Origin: Eledone cirrhosa
Taxonomy: Eukaryota
NCBI GenBank assembly: GCA_964016885.1
Contig: OZ024742.1
Span: 92,690,001 to 92,754,000, forward strand
Direction of reading: 5' to 3'
DNA: 64,000 nt
In this document: positions 26,019 to 51,400 of the stretch, one piece after another
How the letters are laid out: every line of letters begins with the position of its first letter
Position numbering within the stretch: position 1 is the stretch's first letter
Notes under the pieces: generated by a model
Seen by the model: only the letters and a program-made list of their open reading frames with translations
Told to the model about the DNA's origin: nothing
Databases searched by the model: none
Made by a program: the position numbers and the translations under genes

Positions 26019-28239
26019 TTAAATTAGAAATCATCATTATTATTATGCAGTAGTCATTGAATGTTTGGACTATGCTTTAAGTAGTGTGCTCTGCTCTGTT
26101 TTTTTTTTTGTTTTTGTTTTTGTTTCATATTTTATTTCTCTGTGCACCAATTTTACTGCACTCCCCCTCCCCACCCTATTCTTCACCAATTGTCAGGTCA
26201 AGCCAGAGAAACATTTCCATTGATTTTTTTTTTTTCATTGGTGATACAATCTGCCAGTTACAACTTCTGGCAGAAGGAGGCATGATTTTGAACCTGGATT
26301 GCACGGAGACAGATCAGATGTTGTAAAACATCCTGCCTGACTCTTTAACAATCCTGCCAATCCACTGCCCCAAGATTGGTACATTGAAAGGCAAAGTTGA
26401 CCTTAACAGGATTAGAAATCCAAGGAGAGTCAGAACAAATGGCAAGGCATTTAATCCAACGCTCTAATAACTCAGTCAACTCACCACCATAAATGAAATT
26501 TAAAAAAGAATTAGAAATAGAAGCTTTCGCCATATTTTTTTTACTATTGAAATTTTAACCTCACAGTGGGGTTTAGAACCCTCTAAGAAATGGAAAAAGA
26601 TGAGTATTGATGTAGCTAGCATCCTATGAATTGTATCTCCAAGGAGATCTCTCGTGACTCTTAATGATAGGGTCCACAATCCTATTATAAAAATTAGCGT
26701 GAGAGTCCAATACTTTAACTACAAGCTATGTGCCTTCACTCACTGTAATAAATAGAATTATATTGATAGCTCCTGTTGAGATTCTTGTATTTGAGAAGTT
26801 TTCTATTTCCTTCCAGGTGCTCTTATCAAAATGGATCGAATATCTATTAAACTCTATGATAAAAAAAAATGAAATTTACAGCCCACATCTTTATGCAGAT
26901 TTGGTTGGCCTCTTACGGGTTTATATTTCATAGATGGATTCTCAGGTGTTTTAATAAAAAGGACTCTAGTCCTTTCATGAAAAGCAACATGAAATGAAGC
27001 ATCTTGCTCAAAAATAATGTGTTGCCTGGTCCAGGAATCCAACCCACAACCTTATGATCATAAGTCCAACCCCTTAACTACATAGAATGGATCTATGTTG
27101 GTTTCAAAGATGAGTGTGTCAGTTGTTTAATTAATAGAACAGCCTACTCATGACATCAATGTGCAAGTGGTTGACCATTCCACAGACATGTGTACCCTTG
27201 ACATAATTCTCAGGGAGAATCAGAACAATAGTTTGTGACAAATCTAGTATATTCAATTACAAACATCATTCATCTTGTAAAATATTGAAAGTGGCTGAGT
27301 ATTCCATAGACCAATTTACCCTCAACATAATTCTTCAAAATAAGGAATACTGATGGGAGATTTTGATAAAAACTATAATCCAGTGCAAACACAACAGGAC
27401 TGATATGGGACAAGGGACAAAAGACTGTTGTGAAGGTCAGGTGCCCTGACTAAACTAAGGTTGAGGAAAAGCAAAACATGATGAGCTAATGTGGAACTTA
27501 TACCTCAGACATTCTGACTATAATCTGGCATTTATAGCTCAGACATTCTGACTATAATCTGGCATTTATACCTATTAATATTGTCACACTGGGCTATATA
27601 ATTTGCATTCAAGAACAAAACAAACTGACTTGCATCCTCCAAATCCAATCAGTTAATGAAAATTTATAAAACATATATATGTTCCAAATATTCTCCACTT
27701 GAATTTCCTAGGAATGAACCAATGCACACATTCACATACATATGGCACACACACACACACCAAGGAGGCATGTACACCCATTACAGGAGTGTAAGTATAT
27801 CCACACGTAACCTACACATATGTACACATTAACACACACATATTCACTAATTCCTGAAAGTGTCTTGACTCAAACAAAGAAGCCTTGTCAATTTGTTAGT
27901 GACGAACAAGGAAACCTTTACGTCGTCGCTTGACCTGCTAGAAAGAACAGTAACATTTTCCTCAAATCACACCTTGCCGTCTTAAAAAAGGAAAGGACAT
28001 AATTGTATTCTAGATGCCCTACACCTGAACCCCCCCCCCCCCCAAAAAAAAACAGGAGGGTCACGGTTGGAATACCATTACTAATTGTTCTGCTCTGTTA
28101 GGGCTTAGCTAAGAATAAACACCCATTTTCATTACCTTCATTATAGAGAGAGAGAGGGGGGGGTACATAGAAACAATGAAACATTCAATGAATGAGCACT
28201 CAATACGTGTGAGCAGAATATAGGCTTTAGAAAACGATG

Positions 28240-28284
28240 GCAGTATCTTCGAAGTTTCAATTTTATTGAGCCTCTTCAGACCGC
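28240..28284 (-). ncRNA. Degenerate hammerhead remnant
   Basis: Minus strand: gcggt CTGAAGA ggctcaataaaatt GAAA cttcgaag at actgc; stem II and cleavage triplet are damaged. Confidence 0.45.
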
Positions 28285-28320
28285 AAAATTTATTTCTCTT
28301 CCTCTCCTATACACACACAC

Positions 28321-28392
<72 letters not shown>

Positions 28393-28942
28393 AACACACA
28401 CTCTACGCTTATTTACAACGGAAATTCTTAGTTGATTACTGTCTATTGACATGAACAAATATATGTACATAGACGTGCACTTGTCTGTGTGTGTCTACAT
28501 GGTCGTATAATTAAGCACTCACATACGGAAGTTTAATAAGAATATCATTGGCAATATATTTCTGTTATCTGTGTGTGTAAAAAGTACTCCATACATACAT
28601 TAAAAATATGATGTATATATTTTATTTTATTTGAAGGATATACTTCCACAATTATAATTCTGAATTTAATGTGTTTTATTGTTCAAACGATTCAGTTGTA
28701 AGGAGCGGAAAAATGAAACTCCAAATTATGATTCATGAAACTTAAGCATCCAGTATAACACTCCCTATATATGTATCAGTCATACAAGATATGACAATAC
28801 GAATCTGCTACATTCATCAAAGCATCCCAGCAGCAAAAGTTTGTTGTCATAAATCAAGATGCAACCCAACAAATATCTCCTATATGTGTGTGTGTGTGTG
28901 TGTGTACTTCTACACCCCCCCCCCCCCCCCACACACACACAC

Positions 28943-28976
<34 letters not shown>

Positions 28977-29357
28977 CACACACAGACGAAGATTCTTGGA
29001 TAAAGATTTCAAGTCTTTGATACTGAATTCTGGGAATTATTACAAAAAGTAGTAGAGAGAGAGTACCGACATAAGTACCCTGTTCTTATCAACAGGCCCC
29101 ATCTAAGAGTAGAGTGGTGTGTAAGGCCCAATAAAACAATTACTAGCCATGTAATAATAGCGATCGATTTAATCGACTGTCCACTTCCTCTTTAAATGTC
29201 AGATTTGCTTTTCCAATGATTCTTAATTCGTAGCGACTGAAATAATAATAGTATATCCGTTTCTTATAATGTAGTATTTTTAGTATTTTCCTTCAGTCAG
29301 TGCTGTTTTCTTCCACTGATCATCATTCTCCTTGCCCACTTTTAATTCTGAACAGCA

Positions 29358-35563
<6,206 letters not shown>

Positions 35564-35570
35564 TATATAC

Positions 35571-35727
<157 letters not shown>

Positions 35728-35728
35728 C

Positions 35729-35762
<34 letters not shown>

Positions 35763-35765
35763 CCA

Positions 35766-35825
<60 letters not shown>

Positions 35826-35826
35826 C

Positions 35827-36027
<201 letters not shown>

Positions 36028-36040
36028 CATATATATATAC

Positions 36041-36077
<37 letters not shown>

Positions 36078-36291
36078 ACGAAGGAAATGTGGTAAGGAAC
36101 CAGGTGAACCATAACGCACCAAAGTACTCAATACTTGAGGTAGTAGAGTGGGTAGTAGGAACCAGTAAGACCCCGACAGCTGAGCTCAAGCCGTTTCGAC
36201 GGCTAATTCTGGACTCAGAATTAGTCCAGAATTAGTCCAGAATTAGCCGTCGAAACGGCTTGAGCTCAGCTGTCGGGGTCTTACTGGTTCC

Positions 36292-36296
<5 letters not shown>
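36078..36296. mobile_element. Hairpin mini-element with two inverted HHR 3' halves (copies at 41681-41899 and 44753-44971)
   Basis: 63-bp inverted arms at 36153-36215 and 36234-36296; flanked by (TA)n; same family as 38255-38884. Confidence 0.85.
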
Positions 36297-36348
<52 letters not shown>

Positions 36349-36350
<2 letters not shown>

Positions 36351-37738
36351 AAATGACCGCCTGACTAGCACGCAACATGGCTTCCGCCCAGGAAGAAGCT
36401 GCCTTACACAGCTGCTACATCACTACGACTGGGTACTGAGACAGCTACTAGACAGCTCATATGTAGACGTGATATATCTTGACTTTGCGAAGGCCTTTGA
36501 CAAGGTCGACCACGGAATGATATGTCACAAACTACACGGACTCGGTATAACTGGAAAAGTAGGTGAGTGGCTGCATGGCTTCCTGAGGGACAGAAGCCAG
36601 GCAGTCGCAGCAAATGGGGCCCTCTCGAGGGAAACACCGATAACAAGTGGGGTGCCTCAGGGGACAGTCCTGGGACCACTACTGTTTTTGGTGGCTCTCT
36701 CGGACATGCCCTCTGTGGTGCATGCAACAACATCCCTCACTAGCTATGCTGATGACACTAAGGTAGCACAGGCAATCAAAAACCCGGCTGACGCTGCCCT
36801 CTTACAGCAGGATCTGGATGCCATATACAGATGGGCGGAAGAAAACAACATGCAGTTTAATGCTGGCAAATTCCAAGCCCTACAATACAAACCTGCAAAC
36901 ACAAACACAAATATAGCGGAACACAGCTACACAGGACCAGGAGGGACCGATATCCCCGTGTCAAAATCGATACGAGACCTGGGCATAGACATGAGCGATG
37001 ATGCATCTTTTTCTTCACACATCATGAAGGTGGCGACAGCATGTAGACGATTCGCTGGCTGGATCTTGAGGACTTTCCTTACAAGAGATCGAGACACCAT
37101 GTTGACACTGTGGAGGACTTTTGTCCTAAGCCGCCTGGACTACTGCTCCCAGCTGTGGTCACCCCATAGTGTCAAACTAACCACAGAGCTTGAGGCAATC
37201 CAGCGAAGCTACACCAAGAGGATTGCCAAGATGAGGGAGACAAGCTACTGGGAGAGGCTGAAGGAACTGAACCTCTACTCCTTGGAGCGAAGACGGGAGA
37301 GATACGCAGTGATCTACATGTGGAAAATCCTGGAGGGACTAGCACCAAACTTTGGCATTGGGAGCTGGACCAACCGTCGAACAGGACGTCACTGTGTGGT
37401 GCCAAAGGTCCCGTCTTCCACATCTAGAATAAGGAGCAGGTATTGCAATAGCCTGGGATTCAAGGGCCCTCAACTCTTCAACAGGCTGCCGAGGCATCTG
37501 CGAGACTTGCATGACGTGGAGGTGGATGTCTTTAAGAAACATCTCGACACCTTGTTATCCAGGATCCCGGATGAGCCCACAGCAAGACACGAGGGAAACC
37601 TAAGGGCAGCAGCAACAAACTCCCTCCTACACCAGTGGCCAACCTATACAGGCTGGAGATAAAATGTGTAGCAACAAGGGCGGTGCCCCAGCATGGCCTC
37701 AGCCGGATGGCTGAAACAGGTAAAAGAGTAAAAGAGTA
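36349..37738 (+). mobile_element. 5'-truncated CR1/L2-like LINE, copy 1 (open RT C-terminal frame 36469-37662)
   Basis: YLDFAKAFD, SGVPQGTVLGP, YADD, LDYCSQLWSP; (taaaagag) tail. Confidence 0.93.
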
Positions 37739-37757
37739 TATATATATATATATATAT

Positions 37758-37941
<184 letters not shown>

Positions 37942-37943
37942 AT

Positions 37944-38248
<305 letters not shown>

Positions 38249-38254
38249 CATATA

Positions 38255-40922
<2,668 letters not shown>

Positions 40923-40923
<1 letters not shown>

Positions 40924-41118
40924 CGTTATTCCGGGTTGAATCGGAGGTAACCACAGTAAGTAAGGTACTCAATACATAGCAGAGTATAACAGTTTTAATA
41001 TAGATGAGATTCTACAGGACTAGTACTGTTTCATTCATTAGAAATCATCAGGAATCTGATGATTCCTGATGATTTCTAATGAATGAAACAGTTCTAGTCC
41101 TGTAGAATCTCATCTATA
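40923..41118. mobile_element. 196-bp mini-element with two divergent hammerheads (copies at 44001-44196 and 58569-58764)
   Basis: Minus HHR 41008-41056 and plus HHR 41061-41109: gattc CTGATGA tttctaatgaat GAAA cag..ctg TA gaatc. Confidence 0.88.
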
Positions 41119-41126
41119 TATATATC

Positions 41127-41158
<32 letters not shown>

Positions 41159-41183
41159 CATATATATATACATATATATATAC

Positions 41184-41230
<47 letters not shown>

Positions 41231-41321
41231 TATATAAATATATATATATACATATATATATATACATATATATATATACATATATATATATACATATATA
41301 TATATACATATATATATATAC

Positions 41322-41357
<36 letters not shown>

Positions 41358-41360
41358 CCA

Positions 41361-41420
<60 letters not shown>

Positions 41421-41421
41421 C

Positions 41422-41630
<209 letters not shown>

Positions 41631-41643
41631 CATATATATATAC

Positions 41644-41680
<37 letters not shown>

Positions 41681-41894
41681 ACGAAGGAAATGTGGTAAGG
41701 AACCAGGTGAACCATAACGCACCAAAGTACTCAATACTTGAGGTAGTAGAGTGGGTAGTAGGAACCAGTAAGACCCCAACAGCTGAGCTCAAGCCGTTTC
41801 GACGGCTAATTCTGGACTCAGAATTAGTCCAGAATTAGTCCAGAATTAGCCGTCGAAACGGCTTGAGCTCAGCTGTCGGGGTCTTACTGGTTCC

Positions 41895-41959
<65 letters not shown>

Positions 41960-41961
<2 letters not shown>

Positions 41962-43349
41962 AAATGACCGCCTGACTAGCACGCAACATGGCTTCCGCCC
42001 AGGAAGAAGCTGCCTTACACAGCTGCTACATCACTACGACTGGGTACTGAGACAGCTACTAGACAGCTCATATGTAGACGTGATATATCTTGACTTTGCG
42101 AAGGCCTTTGACAAGGTCGACCACGGAATGATATGTCACAAACTACACGGACTCGGTATAACTGGAAAAGTAGGTGAGTGGCTGCATGGCTTCCTGAGGG
42201 ACAGAAGCCAGGCAGTCGCAGCAAATGGGGCCCTCTCGAGGGAAACACCGATAACAAGTGGGGTGCCTCAGGGGACAGTCCTGGGACCACTACTGTTTTT
42301 GGTGGCTCTCTCGGACATGCCCTCTGTGGTGCATGCAACAACATCCCTCACTAGCTATGCTGATGACACTAAGGTAGCACAGGCAATCAAAAACCCGGCT
42401 GACGCTGCCCTCTTACAGCAGGATCTGGATGCCATATACAGATGGGCGGAAGAAAACAACATGCAGTTTAATGCTGGCAAATTCCAAGCCCTACAATACA
42501 AACCTGCAAACACAAACACAAATATAGCGGAACACAGCTACACAGGACCAGGAGGGACCGATATCCCCGTGTCAAAATCGATACGAGACCTGGGCATAGA
42601 CATGAGCGATGATGCATCTTTTTCTTCACACATCATGAAGGTGGCGACAGCATGTAGACGATTCGCTGGCTGGATCTTGAGGACTTTCCTTACAAGAGAT
42701 CGAGACACCATGTTGACACTGTGGAGGACTTTTGTCCTAAGCCGCCTGGACTACTGCTCCCAGCTGTGGTCACCCCATAGTGTCAAACTAACCACAGAGC
42801 TTGAGGCAATCCACCGAAGCTACACCAAGAGGATTGCCAAGATGAGGGAGACAAGCTACTGGGAGAGGCTGAAGGAACTGAACCTCTACTCCTTGGAGCG
42901 AAGACGGGAGAGATACGCAGTGATCTACATGTGGAAAATCCTGGAGGGACTAGCACCAAACTTTGGCATTGGGAGCTGGACCAACCGTCGAACAGGACGT
43001 CACTGTGTGGTGCCAAAGGTCCCGTCTTCCACATCTAGAATAAGGAGCAGGTATTGCAATAGCCTGGGATTCAAGGGCCCTCAACTCTTCAACAGGCTGC
43101 CGAGGCATCTGCGAGACTTGCATGACGTGGAGGTGGATGTCTTTAAGAAACATCTCGACACCTTGTTATCCAGGATCCCGGATGAGCCCACAGCAAGACA
43201 CGAGGGAAACCTAAGGGCAGCAGCAACAAACTCCCTCCTACACCAGTGGCCAACCTATACAGGCTGGAGATAAAATGTGTAGCAACAAGGGCGGTGCCCC
43301 AGCATGGCCTCAGCCGGATGGCTGAAACAGGTAAAAGAGTAAAAGAGTA
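41960..43349 (+). mobile_element. CR1/L2-like LINE, copy 2 (ORF 42080-43273)
   Basis: Same truncation point as copy 1; one Q->H difference in the ORF. Confidence 0.93.
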
Positions 43350-43368
43350 TATATATATATATATATAT

Positions 43369-43552
<184 letters not shown>

Positions 43553-43554
43553 AT

Positions 43555-43701
<147 letters not shown>

Positions 43702-43704
43702 TAC

Positions 43705-43739
<35 letters not shown>

Positions 43740-43752
43740 CATATATATATAC

Positions 43753-43785
<33 letters not shown>

Positions 43786-43832
43786 CATATATATATACAT
43801 ATACATATATATATATATACATATATATATAC

Positions 43833-43891
<59 letters not shown>

Positions 43892-43938
43892 CATATATAT
43901 ATACATATATATATATATATACATATATATACATATAC

Positions 43939-44001
<63 letters not shown>

Positions 44002-44204
44002 CGTTATTCCGGGTTGAATCGGAGGTAACCACAGTAAGTAAGGTACTCAATACATAGCAGAGTATAACAGTTTTAATATAGATGAGATTCTACAGGACTA
44101 GTACTGTTTCATTCATTAGAAATCATCAGGAATCTGATGATTCCTGATGATTTCTAATGAATGAAACAGTTCTAGTCCTGTAGAATCTCATCTATATATA
44201 TATC

Positions 44205-44236
<32 letters not shown>

Positions 44237-44261
44237 CATATATATATACATATATATATAC

Positions 44262-44306
<45 letters not shown>

Positions 44307-44397
44307 TATATAAATATATATATATACATATATATATATACATATATATATATACATATATATATATACATATATATATATACATATATATATATAC

Positions 44398-44433
<36 letters not shown>

Positions 44434-44436
44434 CCA

Positions 44437-44496
<60 letters not shown>

Positions 44497-44497
44497 C

Positions 44498-44702
<205 letters not shown>

Positions 44703-44715
44703 CATATATATATAC

Positions 44716-44752
<37 letters not shown>

Positions 44753-44966
44753 ACGAAGGAAATGTGGTAAGGAACCAGGTGAACCATAACGCACCAAAGT
44801 ACTCAATACTTGAGGTAGTAGAGTGGGTAGTAGGAACCAGTAAGACCCCGACAGCTGAGCTCAAGCCGTTTCGACGGCTAATTCTGGACTCAGAATTAGT
44901 CCAGAATTAGTCCAGAATTAGCCGTCGAAACGGCTTGAGCTCAGCTGTCGGGGTCTTACTGGTTCC

Positions 44967-45007
<41 letters not shown>

Positions 45008-45009
<2 letters not shown>

Positions 45010-46397
45010 AAATGACCGCCTGACTAGCACGCAACATGGCTTCCGCCCAGGAAGAAGCTGCCTTACACAGCTGCTACATCACTACGACTGGGTACTGAGA
45101 CAGCTACTAGACAGCTCATATGTAGACGTGATATATCTTGACTTTGCGAAGGCCTTTGACAAGGTCGACCACGGAATGATATGTCACAAACTACACGGAC
45201 TCGGTATAACTGGAAAAGTAGGTGAGTGGCTGCATGGCTTCCTGAGGGACAGAAGCCAGGCAGTCGCAGCAAATGGGGCCCTCTCGAGGGAAACACCGAT
45301 AACAAGTGGGGTGCCTCAGGGGACAGTCCTGGGACCACTACTGTTTTTGGTGGCTCTCTCGGACATGCCCTCTGTGGTGCATGCAACAACATCCCTCACT
45401 AGCTATGCTGATGACACTAAGGTAGCACAGGCAATCAAAAACCCGGCTGACGCTGCCCTCTTACAGCAGGATCTGGATGCCATATACAGATGGGCGGAAG
45501 AAAACAACATGCAGTTTAATGCTGGCAAATTCCAAGCCCTACAATACAAACCTGCAAACACAAACACAAATATAGCGGAACACAGCTACACAGGACCAGG
45601 AGGGACCGATATCCCCGTGTCAAAATCGATACGAGACCTGGGCATAGACATGAGCGATGATGCATCTTTTTCTTCACACATCATGAAGGTGGCGACAGCA
45701 TGTAGACGATTCGCTGGCTGGATCTTGAGGACTTTCCTTACAAGAGATCGAGACACCATGTTGACACTGTGGAGGACTTTTGTCCTAAGCCGCCTGGACT
45801 ACTGCTCCCAGCTGTGGTCACCCCATAGTGTCAAACTAACCACAGAGCTTGAGGCAATCCAGCGAAGCTACACCAAGAGGATTGCCAAGATGAGGGAGAC
45901 AAGCTACTGGGAGAGGCTGAAGGAACTGAACCTCTACTCCTTGGAGCGAAGACGGGAGAGATACGCAGTGATCTACATGTGGAAAATCCTGGAGGGACTA
46001 GCACCAAACTTTGGCATTGGGAGCTGGACCAACCGTCGAACAGGACGTCACTGTGTGGTGCCAAAGGTCCCGTCTTCCACATCTAGAATAAGGAGCAGGT
46101 ATTGCAATAGCCTGGGATTCAAGGGCCCTCAACTCTTCAACAGGCTGCCGAGGCATCTGCGAGACTTGCATGACGTGGAGGTGGATGTCTTTAAGAAACA
46201 TCTCGACACCTTGTTATCCAGGATCCCGGATGAGCCCACAGCAAGACACGAGGGAAACCTAAGGGCAGCAGCAACAAACTCCCTCCTACACCAGTGGCCA
46301 ACCTATACAGGCTGGAGATAAAATGTGTAGCAACAAGGGCGGTGCCCCAGCATGGCCTCAGCCGGATGGCTGAAACAGGTAAAAGAGTAAAAGAGTA
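45008..46397 (+). mobile_element. CR1/L2-like LINE, copy 3 (ORF 45128-46321)
   Basis: Translation identical to copy 1. Confidence 0.93.
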
Positions 46398-46416
46398 TAT
46401 ATATATATATATATAT

Positions 46417-46594
<178 letters not shown>

Positions 46595-46596
46595 AT

Positions 46597-46909
<313 letters not shown>

Positions 46910-47543
46910 CATATAACGAAGGAAATGTGGTAAGGAACCAGGTGGACCATAACGCACCAAAGTACTCAATACTTGAGGTAGTAGAGTGGGTAATAGGGTC
47001 CTTGCCTTATTCGTCCCACCTAGTTCTCTTACTTATTTCCTTATTTATTCATTTATTTATTTTTTTACTTCTTTCTTTCTTTCTTTATTTTATTCTCGCC
47101 TAACAATAGCCTGACACCTAGGTCGTAGAATTTAATTTACTTTACTTTTCTTTACACTTATTTGCCTTTCTTCACTCTCAGTATTTTTTTTTTTTTTTCT
47201 TTCCTATTTCTACCCCCCATTGTTCTACCTACCGTTCCGACTTCCCCCCCTCCCCCTCCCCTGTATCTTCTTTGACCTCATGCCCAGCTGTAGCTGGCAC
47301 TACCAACGCTTGATTGGGTCTACTCCACCCCTCCCCTCTTTCTCCTACTGGCAGGTTTAGCCACCATCTCCCCTACTAATTTGCAACCACAGAATTACTA
47401 CTGATTTTTGACAATCACTTTGACCATATATGGAATTACCCCTTGAGAAGATCGGCTATTTAAATACCAGGATAAATTTTCATTTAGTCCAGAATTAGCC
47501 GTCGAAACGGCTTGAGCTCAGCTGTCGGGGTCTTACTGGTTCC

Positions 47544-47711
<168 letters not shown>

Positions 47712-47737
47712 TATACATATATATACATATATATACA

Positions 47738-47965
<228 letters not shown>

Positions 47966-47966
47966 C

Positions 47967-48309
<343 letters not shown>

Positions 48310-48325
48310 CATATATATATTTATA

Positions 48326-48377
<52 letters not shown>

Positions 48378-48414
48378 CATATATATACATATATATATAT
48401 ATACATATATATAC

Positions 48415-48446
<32 letters not shown>

Positions 48447-48447
<1 letters not shown>

Positions 48448-51400
48448 ATTAAGTTAAAGATGTACATCCATATATGTATACTGAAATACTAGTATGTATA
48501 TGAATACACACACGTATACATATGTAGATGTACCAAGTTTTTTCACTGGTCACTTTACTGTGAGTGGCCAGCTATTCTGTATGTAAACACACAGACAAAC
48601 CGGTTTTTAGAGTCATACTGGTTTTTGAGGAAACACCTTTCCTCTATTCTCCAGAAAGCCAGACAAGGAATATTGAACTAGTTTCGTTGTTGTTACAACT
48701 CATCAGCAATATTTACCTATCTTCCGGCCTCTCTAGAGAATCGTAAAAGCACATATCGTTATATGCTTTTTCTATGAAAATTAGTAGTGGGCAGACTAAT
48801 TTGCATAGAGTGTGAGTAAGTACCGGTTCAACGGAGACGATAAAAACAAATAACGAAACGAAATTAAATTTCGTTTCGTTTGTAACTCACTTTTGTATGA
48901 CTGACGCTTAAACAATTAAGTTAAAGATGTACATCCATATATGTATACTGAAATACTAGTATGTATATGAATACACACACGTATACATATGTAGATGTAC
49001 CAAGTTTTTTCACTGGTCACTTTACTGTGAGTGGCCAGCTATTCTGTATGTAAACACACAGACAAACCGGTTTTTAGAGTCATACTGGTTTTTGAGGAAA
49101 CACCTTTCCTCTATTCTCCAGAAAGCCAGACAAGGAATATTGAACTAGTTTCGTTGTTGTTACAACTCATCAGCAATATTTACCTATCTTCCGGCCTCTC
49201 TAGAGAATCGTAAAAGCACATATCGTTATATGCTTTTTCTATGAAAATTAGTAGTGGGCAGACTAATTTGCATAGAGTGTGAGTAAGTACCGGTTCAACG
49301 GAGACGATAAAAACAAATAACGAAACGAAATTAAATTTCGTTTCGTTTGTAACTCACTTTTGTATGACTGACGCTTAAACAATTAAGTTAAAGATGTACA
49401 TCCATATATGTATACTGAAATACTAGTATGTATATGAATACACACACGTATACATATGTAGATGTACCAAGTTTTTTCACTGGTCACTTTACTGTGAGTG
49501 GCCAGCTATTCTGTATGTAAACACACAGACAAATCGGTTTTTAGAGTCATACTGGTTTTTGAGGAAACACCTTTCCTCTATTCTCCAGAAAGCCAGACAA
49601 GGAATATTGAACTAGTTTCGTTGTTGTTACAACTCATCAGCAATATTTACCTATCTTCCGGCCTCTCTAGAGAATCGTAAAAGCACATATCGTTATATGC
49701 TTTTTCTATGAAAATTAGTAGTGGGCAGACTAATTTGCATAGAGTGTGAGTAAGTACCGGTTCAACGGAGACGATAAAAACAAATAACGAAACGAAATTA
49801 AATTTCGTTTCGTTTGTAACTCACTTTTGTATGACTGACGCTTAAACAATTAAGTTAAAGATGTACATCCATATATGTATACTGAAATACTAGTATGTAT
49901 ATGAATACACACACGTATACATATGTAGATGTACCAAGTTTTTTCACTGGTCACTTTACTGTGAGTGGCCAGCTATTCTGTATGTAAACACACAGACAAA
50001 CCGGTTTTTAGAGTCATACTGGTTTTTGAGGAAACACCTTTCCTCTATTCTCCAGAAAGCCAGACAAGGAATATTGAACTAGTTTCGTTGTTGTTACAAC
50101 TCATCAGCAATATTTACCTATCTTCCGGCCTCTCTAGAGAATCGTAAAAGCACATATCGTTATATGCTTTTTCTATGAAAATTAGTAGTGGGCAGACTAA
50201 TTTGCATAGAGTGTGAGTAAGTACCGGTTCAACGGAGACGATAAAAACAAATAACGAAACGAAATTAAATTTCGTTTCGTTTGTAACTCACTTTTGTATG
50301 ACTGACGCTTAAACAATTAAGTTAAAGATGTACATCCATATATGTATACTGAAATACTAGTATGTATATGAATACACACACGTATACATATGTAGATGTA
50401 CCAAGTTTTTTCACTGGTCACTTTACTGTGAGTGGCCAGCTATTCTGTATGTAAACACACAGACAAACCGGTTTTTAGAGTCATACTGGTTTTTGAGGAA
50501 ACACCTTTCCTCTATTCTCCAGAAAGCCAGACAAGGAATATTGAACTAGTTTCGTTGTTGTTACAACTCATCAGCAATATTTACCTATCTTCCGGCCTCT
50601 CTAGAGAATCGTAAAAGCACATATCGTTATATGCTTTTTCTATGAAAATTAGTAGTGGGCAGACTAATTTGCATAGAGTGTGAGTAAGTACCGGTTCAAC
50701 GGAGACGATAAAAACAAATAACGAAACGAAATTAAATTTCGTTTCGTTTGTAACTCACTTTTGTATGACTGACGCTTAAACAATTAAGTTAAAGATGTAC
50801 ATCCATATATGTATACTGAAATACTAGTATGTATATGAATACACACACGTATACATATGTAGATGTACCAAGTTTTTTCACTGGTCACTTTACTGTGAGT
50901 GGCCAGCTATTCTGTATGTAAACACACAGACAAACCGGTTTTTAGAGTCATACTGGTTTTTGAGGAAACACCTTTCCTCTATTCTCCAGAAAGCCAGACA
51001 AGGAATATTGAACTAGTTTCGTTGTTGTTACAACTCATCAGCAATATTTACCTATCTTCCGGCCTCTCTAGAGAATCGTAAAAGCACATATCGTTATATG
51101 CTTTTTCTATGAAAATTAGTAGTGGGCAGACTAATTTGCATAGAGTGTGAGTAAGTACCGGTTCAACGGAGACGATAAAAACAAATAACGAAACGAAATT
51201 AAATTTCGTTTCGTTTGTAACTCACTTTTGTATGACTGACGCTTAAACAATTAAGTTAAAGATGTACATCCATATATGTATACTGAAATACTAGTATGTA
51301 TATGAATACACACACGTATACATATGTAGATGTACCAAGTTTTTTCACTGGTCACTTTACTGTGAGTGGCCAGCTATTCTGTATGTAAACACACAGACAA

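Noticed and set aside
27503-27571. 33-bp direct duplication (similar short ones at 9050-9107 and 32915-32976)
   Set aside because: Ordinary local slippage duplications with no further structure
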